DNA of 64,000 nucleotides from Botryllus schlosseri (Eukaryota): NCBI GenBank assembly GCA_051294905.1, contig JBPPKV010000031.1, positions 62,001 to 126,000 of the forward strand, read 5' to 3'. Shown piece by piece: positions 1 to 9,500 of this stretch (position 1 is its first letter; each line of letters starts with the position of its first letter). The notes under the pieces were generated by a model. It saw only the letters and a program-made list of their open reading frames with translations, ran no database searches and was not told where the DNA came from. The position numbers and the translations under genes were made by a program.

Positions 1-438
1 GGTTGCATTTAAAACATAAATCAATTTAAAACAAACATGTTTAAAACAAAGCCTTTGTTTAAAACATGTTTTTTATAGTTTTTTTGAGCCGTGATGTCAC
101 GAATATTCATTGTGACGTCATAGTGGATTGACATGAACAATTGAAAATATAGGGTAAATATAGCTCATTTGACGAAATATCTGTACTATCGCTGTTGAAC
201 CGACTATTTTGAGGGTTCCAGCCATCCCATATCGATATACGTTGGCTATATCGGGTGTTGATTGTCCGGAGGCTCATACAACATGTTTTTTGGAAAGTAT
301 TTACGCAATTATGGCATAATTTTACAACAACAAAAAAACAAAATTTTGTTTTTTTTCAAATGCCTTTGTTTAAAACACTGTTTAAAACATGTTTTAAACA
401 GAGTGTTTTAAACACCGTTTGTTTTAAATGCAACCCTA
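1..438. mobile_element. hAT-type MITE, copy 1 (first 3 nt lie before the window start).
   Basis: Window opens inside the left TIR (GGTTGCATTTAAAACA). Right TIR TGTTTTAAATGCAACCCTA ends at 438, followed by TSD ATTGTCAG at 439-446. Confidence 0.85.
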
Positions 439-1026
439 ATTGTCAGCCATCGAAGGGATTGGAGCTTTCGGTGTTGTAGACCAGTAGCAATCTATCTACC
501 TACCTAAAGCCATTGAATTTACGTTCCATGAACAGCTCAGTGCTCACCGCAACGAGCATCTTGTGCATCGAACATGTATGGTTATGGACGTTTAGATTTC
601 TCGCCAGCAATTTTAGCGGCCTTAAATTGTTTCTCATGGGTGCGTAAGTCGGCTACCAATCGCATCATATCATATCATTTTTTTTCACCTGTATGAGGTT
701 TCGTATTTTATCGTCCATTTGGTCAATTATTGTCATCGAATGCAGTAGGAGGACGCTTGCAGACAGATAACAACGTAGGTTATACTCGATTTACAAAAAA
801 AAATTAGCAACCCAATTTGCAATTTCAATCATTTTCAGAATGCAATGACTTGAGCAATCGGTGTAATCGGTGATTTTATTATTTTCATTTCTTGTACTTG
901 AAGAATCCTACTAGATTTAAAATTGACTTGACGTGACTCGGGTGAAACTAAAAATGTGCTCCTACTTTATATGTCTTGTGACTCGAAGGCAGCGTCTTGT
1001 TCCCAGCGTTTGTCGGCACGCGGCCA

Positions 1027-1509
1027 TTATTGCGCAGCGATAGAATCGTGCTAACTTGTTGAGCCTTGTCTTCGGTCGCTGTCGATTCCCATGCCTTGTT
1101 TTCCAAGCGAGCGTGCGTTATCGCCCGTTCCGGCATGTTGTTCCATTAATCGTCCGGTGAGGAGCTCACGAATACCGGATGAAATCTGCATTCGTTGGTT
1201 ACGGAACGCGTTGGTGACGTAGCCTACCTCTGTTGCATCGCCTGTCGAGGATTGGGTGAGGCCGACTTTTGATGAGGAGGTCACAATTGATTTACCATTC
1301 CGCCATGTCGACGTGGAAAATTCGATCCTACCTGGTTCACTGTCACCAGTATTCACCAACCGTAAATACTATATTTCATCATGAGACCAACAGATAGGCG
1401 CTAGCGCGTCGCGCTCTGCAGTGGGGCAGTCTTCGGAATGATGTCACGATAAGCTTTGAAGCACGGAAGTCTGTTTACAGGTTAGCACTATTATCTCACC
1501 ACGCAATAA
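1027..1509. repeat. Degenerate inverted repeat, arms 1027-1059 and 1477-1509, present in every unit.
   Basis: The reverse complement of 1027-1059 (ACAAGTTAGCACGATTCTATCGCTGCGCAATAA) matches 1477-1509 (ACAGGTTAGCACTATTATCTCACCACGCAATAA) at 26 of 33 positions without gaps. Confidence 0.55.
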
Positions 1510-4006
1510 AGATACGCTTACCAACACATGTTATTGCGTCGGCGTGTAGCGCACAGAGCTGGTGAAAGTAGTCAATAAAACTACTGAAGTAGAAGCAAAA
1601 GTTTCGACGCAATAATCTGCCCGTGGACGAGTAGAGAGTGCTTTTAAAAGCAACCTCATAATACTTCAAGTAGACGTGGATTAGGCTGGCTTTAAATCTA
1701 CTCAAGTAGGTAAGTAAGTAGTGAAAACATTCATAATACCTTCCATGGACTGTAAAACGCTGCGAATTGAGCTAGGCGAAAGGGGCCGAGAGCATGATTC
1801 ATATTGATGCATCCCAGGAGATGTACCTTTTTCGACAACATAAGCATTGGGCCGCATCATGGGACCCAAATGATAGTTTTGCTATGGAAAAGCGATTCTA
1901 ATCTTTTGTTTACTCGCACACCCCGTTTCAGAAAATGGCATGGCACCGTTCCTCTTATTATAAGGTCCGTAGATTAGTCGAAGAGCTATACGGAGAATTT
2001 GCATTCAACACGGTTATAACAATGTGAGCAACTAGTGTACGTTATAAAAATATGGCGGATCGTGAAACTGCCTTATTCTGTAAATTTATTTCTGGAGAAT
2101 GGAGGTACTTGGTTTTAAACTTCAACATGTATTTTCTCAGAACAAAAAGAATGAAATTAATCAGAAGAGCTCAAAGTTATGATGCTGCGAATTACAAGAG
2201 AAATAAAAATACTGCTTCTAAATAGCGGAAAATGTATTTCGTGTCTTTCGTCCAGAAACCGTCAACGGTGGTATGCTAGAACAGGTCTAAGGCTCAAAGA
2301 AGTCGGTGACCACTTTCCAGAATAGAACACGCCATGTGCTGCCAGATTACGATAACACAGGTAGACGCCAGATTGCGCAACGGTAGTTCCAAACGTTTTG
2401 GTGAGCCATATGTATTGTGATGAAACATGTGATATGTGATATGAACGGAACCACGCAACCCGCTACCTAGATTATGTTCACCAATACTTCCGTGAAGACA
2501 TAGTTGTCACTCCACAGCTAATTTTCGCGAAGCGCGATGAAAACTCTGGGCTTTCCCTAACTTTTGTGAAAATGGAATTGTTGTTGGTACGCCGTGAAAA
2601 CAGATCCGAAATTCCTCAGTCTCTCACTCCCTCTGATTGGCGATATTAGCCTACTTGTACTTGACAAACCGAAAATAGAGAAAAGAAAGTAAGCAAATCG
2701 CAAAATTATACGAAGTAAAAGTAGCGGGAACTTGAATTTACTAGAGTAAGTTTTCAACTACACGAGTCCTCCGAAAAAGCAGAAGTATATCTTTACTAGC
2801 CACTTTTGGTGTAGCGCGTATGTTGATTTGAGTGTATTTAGCGCATGTGATGCTATACCCAAGCGAGATACATCCACTACGCGTCGTAAGAGAGGGACTG
2901 ACATTTCAGGAGGTCTCGCCACCAACACCACAAGAAGACGGGCCGTAGCTGTTGTTTTTGGAATCCATGGTGTCGATTACTAAGGTCCTTTTACACAAGG
3001 CCGATAATATTCCTTATTAATCTTTGTCTGCCGACTAGTAGCACGGCCGTCTTTCATTCTAGGCGTTCGTACGACACCGCTAACGAGGCGGATCACAAGA
3101 CCACGACGGGTCTAGATACATCCGGAGAGAGACGGACTGTAGCAAGCTAGTACACCGGTTTGCTTTTACGCGGGCGAGTTGAGCCACTTCGGTGAACGCG
3201 CGTACGACTATCAGCGGGGTCGGGGCCGCAACAACGGGAAAGTGTGTTGGACACGCGGACGTTGATTGATTCCGACTGCGCGTGGCGAAATCGTCAAGAC
3301 GTGTTGCGTAACTGCCGTGTCGAATGCCAGCCGCTTTCGTCACAACCGGATCTTCCTTCGATTCGAGTGCCCGCGAGTTGAATATGCCACGACCACTTGT
3401 TCTGCAGAACGTCCACTCGAGAGATCGCTTTGCAAGTCGTCGCAGCGAGAGACCTCTCGTTACACGTTGGCATCATCCACGAATCCCGCTGTGCGAGAAG
3501 ATTACGCCACGATCACGACGCGTCATAGCAGGCGAATGACGGCAGTGTCCTCGTTGGACTTAACGAACTCGACTCGGCGTGCCTTGGAGCGTATCGTGTC
3601 CTTACCGCGAGAGCAAAAAATCCGTTTGACCCGCCGTTTGACCCTTACCAATTCCCGATGCATTCTACCGCATAAGGCAGGCACATTTCACCGATCGTTG
3701 CCCAGCACGTGCCTCGATGGGTAGTTCGGAGATCATCAATTGCTATCAGACACCGGGAACGTCAATGGAATCCGGACGAAACATAAATACACTCACACAC
3801 ATTCGTTATGAGTCGGAGTAAAACATGACATTCATTGTAACTCGTTCTTGTAGCCCGACGACTGACTTATTCGCGCTTTTTGGATTGTTACTCCGCCCGC
3901 GTGATTATCTTTCAACACAAAACTTGTTGACCGCCCCATCCCATCCGCAACACGTTCCACTCGCCATTTACCGTTCCGCCCGTCACATTGCATTAAACAT
4001 TGGGAT

Positions 4007-4137
4007 AAGGGGGCGCTGTTCCACCGCGCACGTGGTGTTCGTTGATTGCGAAACGGACACTTCAACTGCGTAGGGCCTACACGAAGGGGCGCTGTTCCAA
4101 CACCCCCGTAATTTCCGTTGGTTACGAAACACACTCG
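4007..4137 (+). repeat. Old, imperfect internal direct duplication (period about 77 bp) upstream of the gene, present in every unit.
   Basis: AAGGGGGCGCTGTTCCA...TTCGTTGATTGCGAAACGGACACT starting at 4007 aligns with AAGGGGCGCTGTTCCA...TCCGTTGGTTACGAAACACACT starting at 4084. Confidence 0.65.
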
Positions 4138-4487
4138 TAAACAGCGTAGCTAGATGGGCAAAACAAGTCCCATTTGCCGAGTCAATATTTGTTTCCTTTT
4201 CGTCGGTAGCATATCTTGGATTAGCCGGGAGGGGGGGCGTTATTTCACCGCCCACTTACTTCTCCGTGTTTACTGCTCGGGTGCGGGCAGTACATGCACT
4301 CAACGTGTGTTGCAAGGCAGCAGATTGTGCACAGATTGCGGATGCTGGATTTTTTCTCTTTCGTTACGTTCCGAGTGCTGGGGACGTTGTTCTCTCACTT
4401 CTTTGATATCTTCATGAGGGAGAGCTTGCGGAGGAGAGTGCTGCGCTATGGCAGAAGCAAAAAGACGACGAAGAAGAATTTTTTTCA

Positions 4488-4585
4488 TCTCTCTCTCTCG
4501 TTCTCTCTCAGTCCCACGCGCCATACCGGCTACGCCGTGCCAAAACCTATAAAGCGCGGCGGTACAGAAGGCATTTATTCAGCTT
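4488..4585 (+). promoter_or_regulatory. Core promoter of the Cys-rich gene (same position in every unit): (TC)n/GAGA tract 4488-4509, TATAAA 4548-4553, Inr-like TTATTCAGCTT at about 4575-4585.
   Basis: TATAAA lies about 30 nt before an ATTCAG initiator-like sequence and 68 nt before the ATG. The TSS is inferred from spacing, not observed. Confidence 0.75.
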
Positions 4586-4615
4586 CTAAATCAAGCAACG
4601 AAGAAAACGAACAAA

Positions 4616-5394
4616 ATGCGTCTGTTGATCATCCTCGCTATCGCCAGTGCCGCTTCGGCCGCATACTACAGCCTGAATTGCCCAGGACGTGAGTATACTG
4701 ACGGACGAGACGACAAGTCGCCGCGCACTGTAAAAGCTAGACTCTAATGTTGGCCGGTTCTATTCCAGTTAGCCGCAGCCGCTATGGTTGCCAATACGCC
4801 TGCGCCATCGCACGACCAACTAGCTACAGCCCATACTGCGGATACAGACGCCCTGTCGTCTCTTGTGCCAATTCCAACAGCAACGTCTGCGAATACATTT
4901 CCGGAAAGTACAGATGCATCAACGTGAGACGTCCATGCGTTCGTGCACCATGCACTCCTAAACGTCACTCCTACAGGACCGGAGGCTCCCGTAAGTAACT
5001 TTCGATCGATTCGCCCCATTTCCATACTGTTTCCCCTGGCCCGGGTTACTTTTGTTTCGGTTTACAATCTGTCCCGCAGTTGGTCGGTATTTTACACCAG
5101 GCCTCGTATGATTCCCGTGCCGTCGACAGTCATCGCAGGCTATCTGAGCTTGTGCGACACACAGCATGCGCGGTTCGCACGACGACTAGGAGCCTAAATA
5201 AGCCTCCTTCATCACTCGCGTAGCATATACTGGAGTCGTTCTCGATCTCGCGACCCATTCGTCGGTCATGCCGCGGTGAAGCGTCTGCCGCTGTGCTACT
5301 CGCCACCTACTCCTAAACCGGTCGATTTTCTTCAGGTTGCACCAGGGCCGCTCTCTGCAACTACAACCGTCACAGCTTCAGCACCCGTTGTTAG
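4616..5394 (+). CDS. Secreted 12-Cys, Arg/Tyr-rich small protein, 117 aa, copy 1 (P69S variant). Exons 4616-4688, 4769-4990, 5336-5394.
   Basis: ATG in CAAAATG context, followed by a signal-peptide-like MRLLIILAIASAASA. Intron 1 (80 nt) has donor GTGAGT at 4689, branch-like CTAAT at 4744 and acceptor TTCCAG at 4768. Intron 2 (345 nt) has donor GTAAGT at 4991 and acceptor TTTTCTTCAG at 5335. Both introns are phase 1 and join in frame (354 nt), giving an even Cys count of 12. TATA box upstream, AATAAA downstream. Confidence 0.88.
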
Positions 5395-5446
5395 ACGACC
5401 CTGTAGAACGACGACTTCGGAATCGACTATCGCGAATTGAGATCTT

Positions 5447-5452
5447 AATAAA
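5447..5452 (+). terminator. Polyadenylation signal AATAAA (same position in every unit).
   Basis: AATAAA starts 53 nt after the exon 3 stop and is followed by a GT-rich stretch (GTAGTTTTGTCGGTCGATGTGG, about 5474-5495) typical of a downstream element. Confidence 0.7.
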
Positions 5453-6139
5453 CAAACTCAGCCACGTGAAAACGTAGTTTTGTCGGTCGATGTGGAAGGG
5501 GCGTTGTTTCAGCAGTGTTGGAATCAGCTAACAGCGACTCTTAGCCAGTGCAGATTAGACACAAGCGTGTCGAGATGCTAGAATCCGCAGCTTCGTTCAA
5601 CACCGCGCGATTTCCGGACAGGTCCGCAAAGGAGATCGTCACGCGTAAACACGTTCAACTCGTCTCTGCGAAACGCGGAAAATGTACTCGGAGATTCGCA
5701 CGACTTTACAGATGATCTTAATCACAAGCACTGTTCGTCAGTCGAAAATAAAATACAATTGCTCGAACACTTTTTAAATCGAGTACATTCCAATAAATTC
5801 CGAGCAGATTTCATTACTCGATTTACGCCACGCAATGCGTATAAAGTCACTGACTGATTCGCGTACGAAGGGAGAAAGCGCACGTCATGTAGCAGTGTTG
5901 AGATGACTCGAGCCACGTCTTGATTCGAAGCGAAATCTCCGAGTCAAATGTCAAGTCATTTACTAATCGATGTTGACTATCTCTGTCTCGCTCTACCCGC
6001 ACAATGTAGCCACAGGCACAAAAGGTGCATGCTCTCGACCCGCTGCCGTGACACGTGAGGGCAACCGTCATAGTCACTCGGCGATCGTGAAGTCCATTTC
6101 GTCCGATCCGCACATTTTCCGTCCCAAATCAATTGTCAG

Positions 6140-6580
6140 TAGGGTTGCATTTAAAACATAAATCAATTTATAACAAACATGTTTAAAACAAAGCCTTTGT
6201 TTAAAACATGTTTTTTATAGTTTTTTTGAGCCGTGATGTCACGAATATTCATTGTGACGCCATAGTGGATTGACATGAACAATTGAAAATATAGGGTAAA
6301 TATAGCTCATTTGACGAAATATCTGTACTATCGCTGTTGAACCGACTATTTTGAGGGTTCCAGCCATCCCATATCGATATACGTTGGCTATATCGGGTGT
6401 TGATTGTCCGGAGGCTCATACAACATGTTTTTTGGAAAGTATTTACGCAATTATGGCATAATTTTACAACAACAAAAAAACAAAATTTTGTTTTTTTTCA
6501 AATGCCTTTGTTTAAAACACTGTTTAGAACATGTTTTAAACAAAGTGTTTTAAACACCGTTTGTTTTAAATGCAACCTTA
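6140..6580. mobile_element. hAT-type MITE, copy 2 (441 bp; one substitution in the right TIR, ...CAACCTTA).
   Basis: TSD ATTGTCAG at 6132-6139 and 6581-6588. 19 bp TIR. An 8 bp TSD with short TAG-starting TIRs is characteristic of the hAT superfamily. No coding capacity. Confidence 0.9.
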
Positions 6581-9500
6581 ATTGTCAGCCATCGAAGGGA
6601 TTGGAGCTTTCGGTGTTGTAGACCAGTAGCAATCTATCTACCTACCTAAAGCCATTGAATTTACGTTCCATGAACAGCTCAGTGCTCACCGCAACGAGCA
6701 TCTTGTGCATCGAACATGTATGGTTATGGACGTTTAGATTTCTCGCCAGCAATTTTAGCGGCCTTAAATTGTTTCTCATGGGTGCGTAAGTCGGCTACCA
6801 ATCGCATCATATCATATCATTTTTTTTCACCTGTATGAGGTTTCGTATTTTATCGTCCATTTGGTCAATTATTGTCATCGAATGCAGTAGGAGGACGCTT
6901 GCAGACAGATAACAACGTAGGTTATACTCGATTTACCAAAAAAAATTAGCAACCCAATTTGCAATTTCAATCATTTTCAGAATGCAATGACTTGAGCAAT
7001 CGGTGTAATCGGTGATTTTATTATTTTCATTTCTTGTACTTGAAGAATCCTACTAGATTTAAAATTGACTTGACGTGACTCGGGTGAAACTAAAAATGTG
7101 CTCCTACTTTATATGTCTTGTGACTCGAAGGCAGCGTCTTGTTCCCAGCGTTTGTCGGCACGCGGCCATTATTGCGCAGCGATAGAATCGTACTAACTTG
7201 TTGAGCCTTGTCTTCGGTCGCTGTCGATTGCCATGCCTTGTTTTCCAAGCGAGCGTGCGTTATCGCCCGTTCCGGCATGTTGTTCCATTAATCGTCCGGT
7301 GAGGAGCTCACGAATACCGGATGAAATCTGCATTCGTTGGTTACGGAACGCGTTGGTGACGTAGCCTACCTCTGTTGCATCGCCTGTCGAGGATTGGGTG
7401 AGGCCGACTTTTGATGAGGAGGTCACAATTGATTTACCATTCCGCCATGTCGACGTGGAAAATTCGATCCTACCTGGTTCACTGTCACCAGTATTCACCA
7501 ACCGTAAATACTATATTTCATCATGAGACCAACAGATAGGCGCTAGCGCGTCGCGCTCTGCAGTGGGGCAGTCTTCGGAATGATGTCACGATAAGCTTTG
7601 AAGCACGGAAGTCTGTTTACAGGTTAGCACTATTATCTCACCACGCAATAAAGATACGCTTACCAACACATGTTATTGCGTCGGCGTGTAGCGCACAGAG
7701 CTGGTGAAAGTAGTCAATAAAACTACTGAAGTAGAAGCAAAAGTTTCGACGCAATAATCTGCCCGTGGACGAGTAGAGAGTGCTTTTAAAAGCAACCTCA
7801 TAATACTTCAAGTAGACGTGGATTAGGCTGGCTTTAAATCTACTCAAGTAGGTAAGTAAGTAGTGAAAACATTCATAATACCTTCCATGGACTGTAAAAC
7901 GCTGCGAATTGAGCTAGGCGAAAGGGGCCGAGAGCATGATTCATATTGATGCATCCCAGGAGATGTACCTTTTTCGACAACATAAGCATTGGGCCGCATC
8001 ATGGGACCCAAATGATAGTTTTGCTATGGAAAAGCGATTCTAATCTTTTGTTTACTCGCACACCCCGTTTCAGAAAATGGCATGGCACCGTTCCTCTTAT
8101 TATAAGGTCCGTAGATTAGTCGAAGAGCTATACGGAGAATTTGCATTCAACACGGTTATAACAATGTGAGCAACTAGTGTACGTTATAAAAATATGGCGG
8201 ATCGTGAAACTGCCTTATTCTGTAAATTTATTTCTGGAGAATGGAGGTACTTGGTTTTAAACTTCAACATGTATTTTCTCAGAACAAAAAGAATGAAATT
8301 AATCAGAAGAGCTCAAAGTTATGATGCTGCGAATTACAAGAGAAATAAAAATACTGCTTCTAAATAGCGGAAAATGTATTTCGTGTCTTTCGTCCAGAAA
8401 CCGTCAACGGTGGTATGCTAGAACAGGTCTAAGGCTCAAAGAAGTCGGTGACCACTTTCCAGAATAGAACACGCCATGTGCTGCCAGATTACGATAACAC
8501 AGGTAGACGCCAGATTGCGCAACGGTAGTTCCAAACGTTTTGGTGAGCCATATGTATTGTGATGAAACATGTGATATGTGATATGAACGGAACCACGCAA
8601 CCCGCTACCTAGATTATGTTCACCAATACTTCCGTGAAGACATAGTTGTCACTCCACAGCTAATTTTCGCGAAGCGCGATGAAAACTCTGGGCTTTCCCT
8701 AACTTTTGTGAAAATGGAATTGTTGTTGGTACGCCGTGAAAACAGATCCGAAATTCCTCAGTCTCTCACTCCCTCTGATTGGCGATATTAGCCTACTTGT
8801 ACTTGACAAACCGAAAATAGAGAAAAGAAAGTAAGCAAATCGCAAAATTATACGAAGTAAAAGTAGCGGGAACTTGAATTTACTAGAGTAAGTTTTCAAC
8901 TACACGAGTCCTCCGAAAAAGCAGAAGTATATCTTTACTAGCCACTTTTGGTGTAGCGCGTATGTTGATTTGAGTGTATTTAGCGCATGTGATGCTATAC
9001 CCAAGCGAGATACATCCACTACGCGTCGTAAGAGAGGGACTGACATTTCAGGAGGTCTCGCCACCAACACCACAAGAAGACGGGCCGTAGCTGTTGTTTT
9101 TGGAATCCATGGTGTCGATTACTAAGGTCCTTTTACACAAGGCCGATAATATTCCTTATTAATCTTTGTCTGCCGACTAGTAGCACGGCCGTCTTTCATT
9201 CTAGACGTTCGTACGACACCGCTAACGAGGCGGATCACAAGACCACGACGGGTCTAGATACATCCGGAGAGAGACGGACTGTAGCAAGCTAGTACACCGG
9301 TTTGCTTTTACGCGGGCGAGTTGAGCCACTTCGGTGAACGCGCGTACGACTATCAGCGGGGTCGGGGCCGCAACAACGGGAAAGTGTGTTGGACACGCGG
9401 ACGTTGATTGATTCCGACTGCGCGTGGCGAAATCGTCAAGACGTGTTGCGTAACTGCCGTGTCGAATGCCAGCCGCTTTCGTCACAACCGGATCTTCCTT

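Noticed and set aside
255-479. 74 aa ORF
   Set aside because: Lies in the AT-rich MITE repeats, runs across the TIR and TSD, and is lost in unit 6.
1051-1359. 102 aa and 62 aa minus-strand ORFs
   Set aside because: The 102 aa ORF is truncated by a stop in units 5, 6 and 11 and frameshifted in units 7 and 8. The 62 aa ORF has no recognisable motif. Both behave as non-coding.
2052-2225. 57 aa ORF MADRETALF... with a good ATG context
   Set aside because: Short, no motif, and the upstream TATAAAA is only about 10 nt from the ATG, too close to be its promoter.
2372-2557. C/EBP-like TTGCGCAA (2373-2380) and kappaB-like GGGCTTTCCC (2548-2557) as immune-response elements
   Set aside because: Single short motifs about 2 kb from the promoter are expected by chance, and the kappaB match is imperfect. 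Worth revisiting only if the gene proves infection-inducible.
2981-2996. TAA followed by GGTCCTTTTACAC, resembling a PIF/Harbinger terminus
   Set aside because: I found no matching opposite terminus in the unit.
3622-3644. Short direct repeats: CCGTTTGACCC twice here, also (ATCAT)3 near 664, AATCGGTG twice near 857 and GATATGT repeats near 2430
   Set aside because: Ordinary local slippage duplications with no larger structure.
3266-3724. 152 aa + strand ORF, the longest in the track
   Set aside because: TTG start, no recognisable domain, overlapped by similar-sized ORFs in other frames, and broken by a TAC>TAA stop in unit 10 (58779).
4294-4692. 132 aa ORF over the promoter
   Set aside because: It translates the TC tract and TATA box, is in a different frame from the signal peptide, and its start is altered in unit 5.
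4747-4998. 83 aa ORF as a standalone gene starting MLAGSIPV
   Set aside because: Its ATG is inside intron 1 next to the branch-like CTAAT, and it has no signal peptide. It is better explained as exon 2 of the spliced gene.
5582-5857. 91-codon stop-free frame with no ATG downstream of the gene
   Set aside because: No recognisable domain. Of the five variants between units that I checked, four are non-synonymous, so there is no sign of purifying selection.
1-6139. Histone-cluster, rDNA, 5S or snRNA repeat as the explanation for a 6 kb tandem unit
   Set aside because: No histone ORF in any frame and no rRNA, tRNA, 5S or snRNA sequence that I could recognise.
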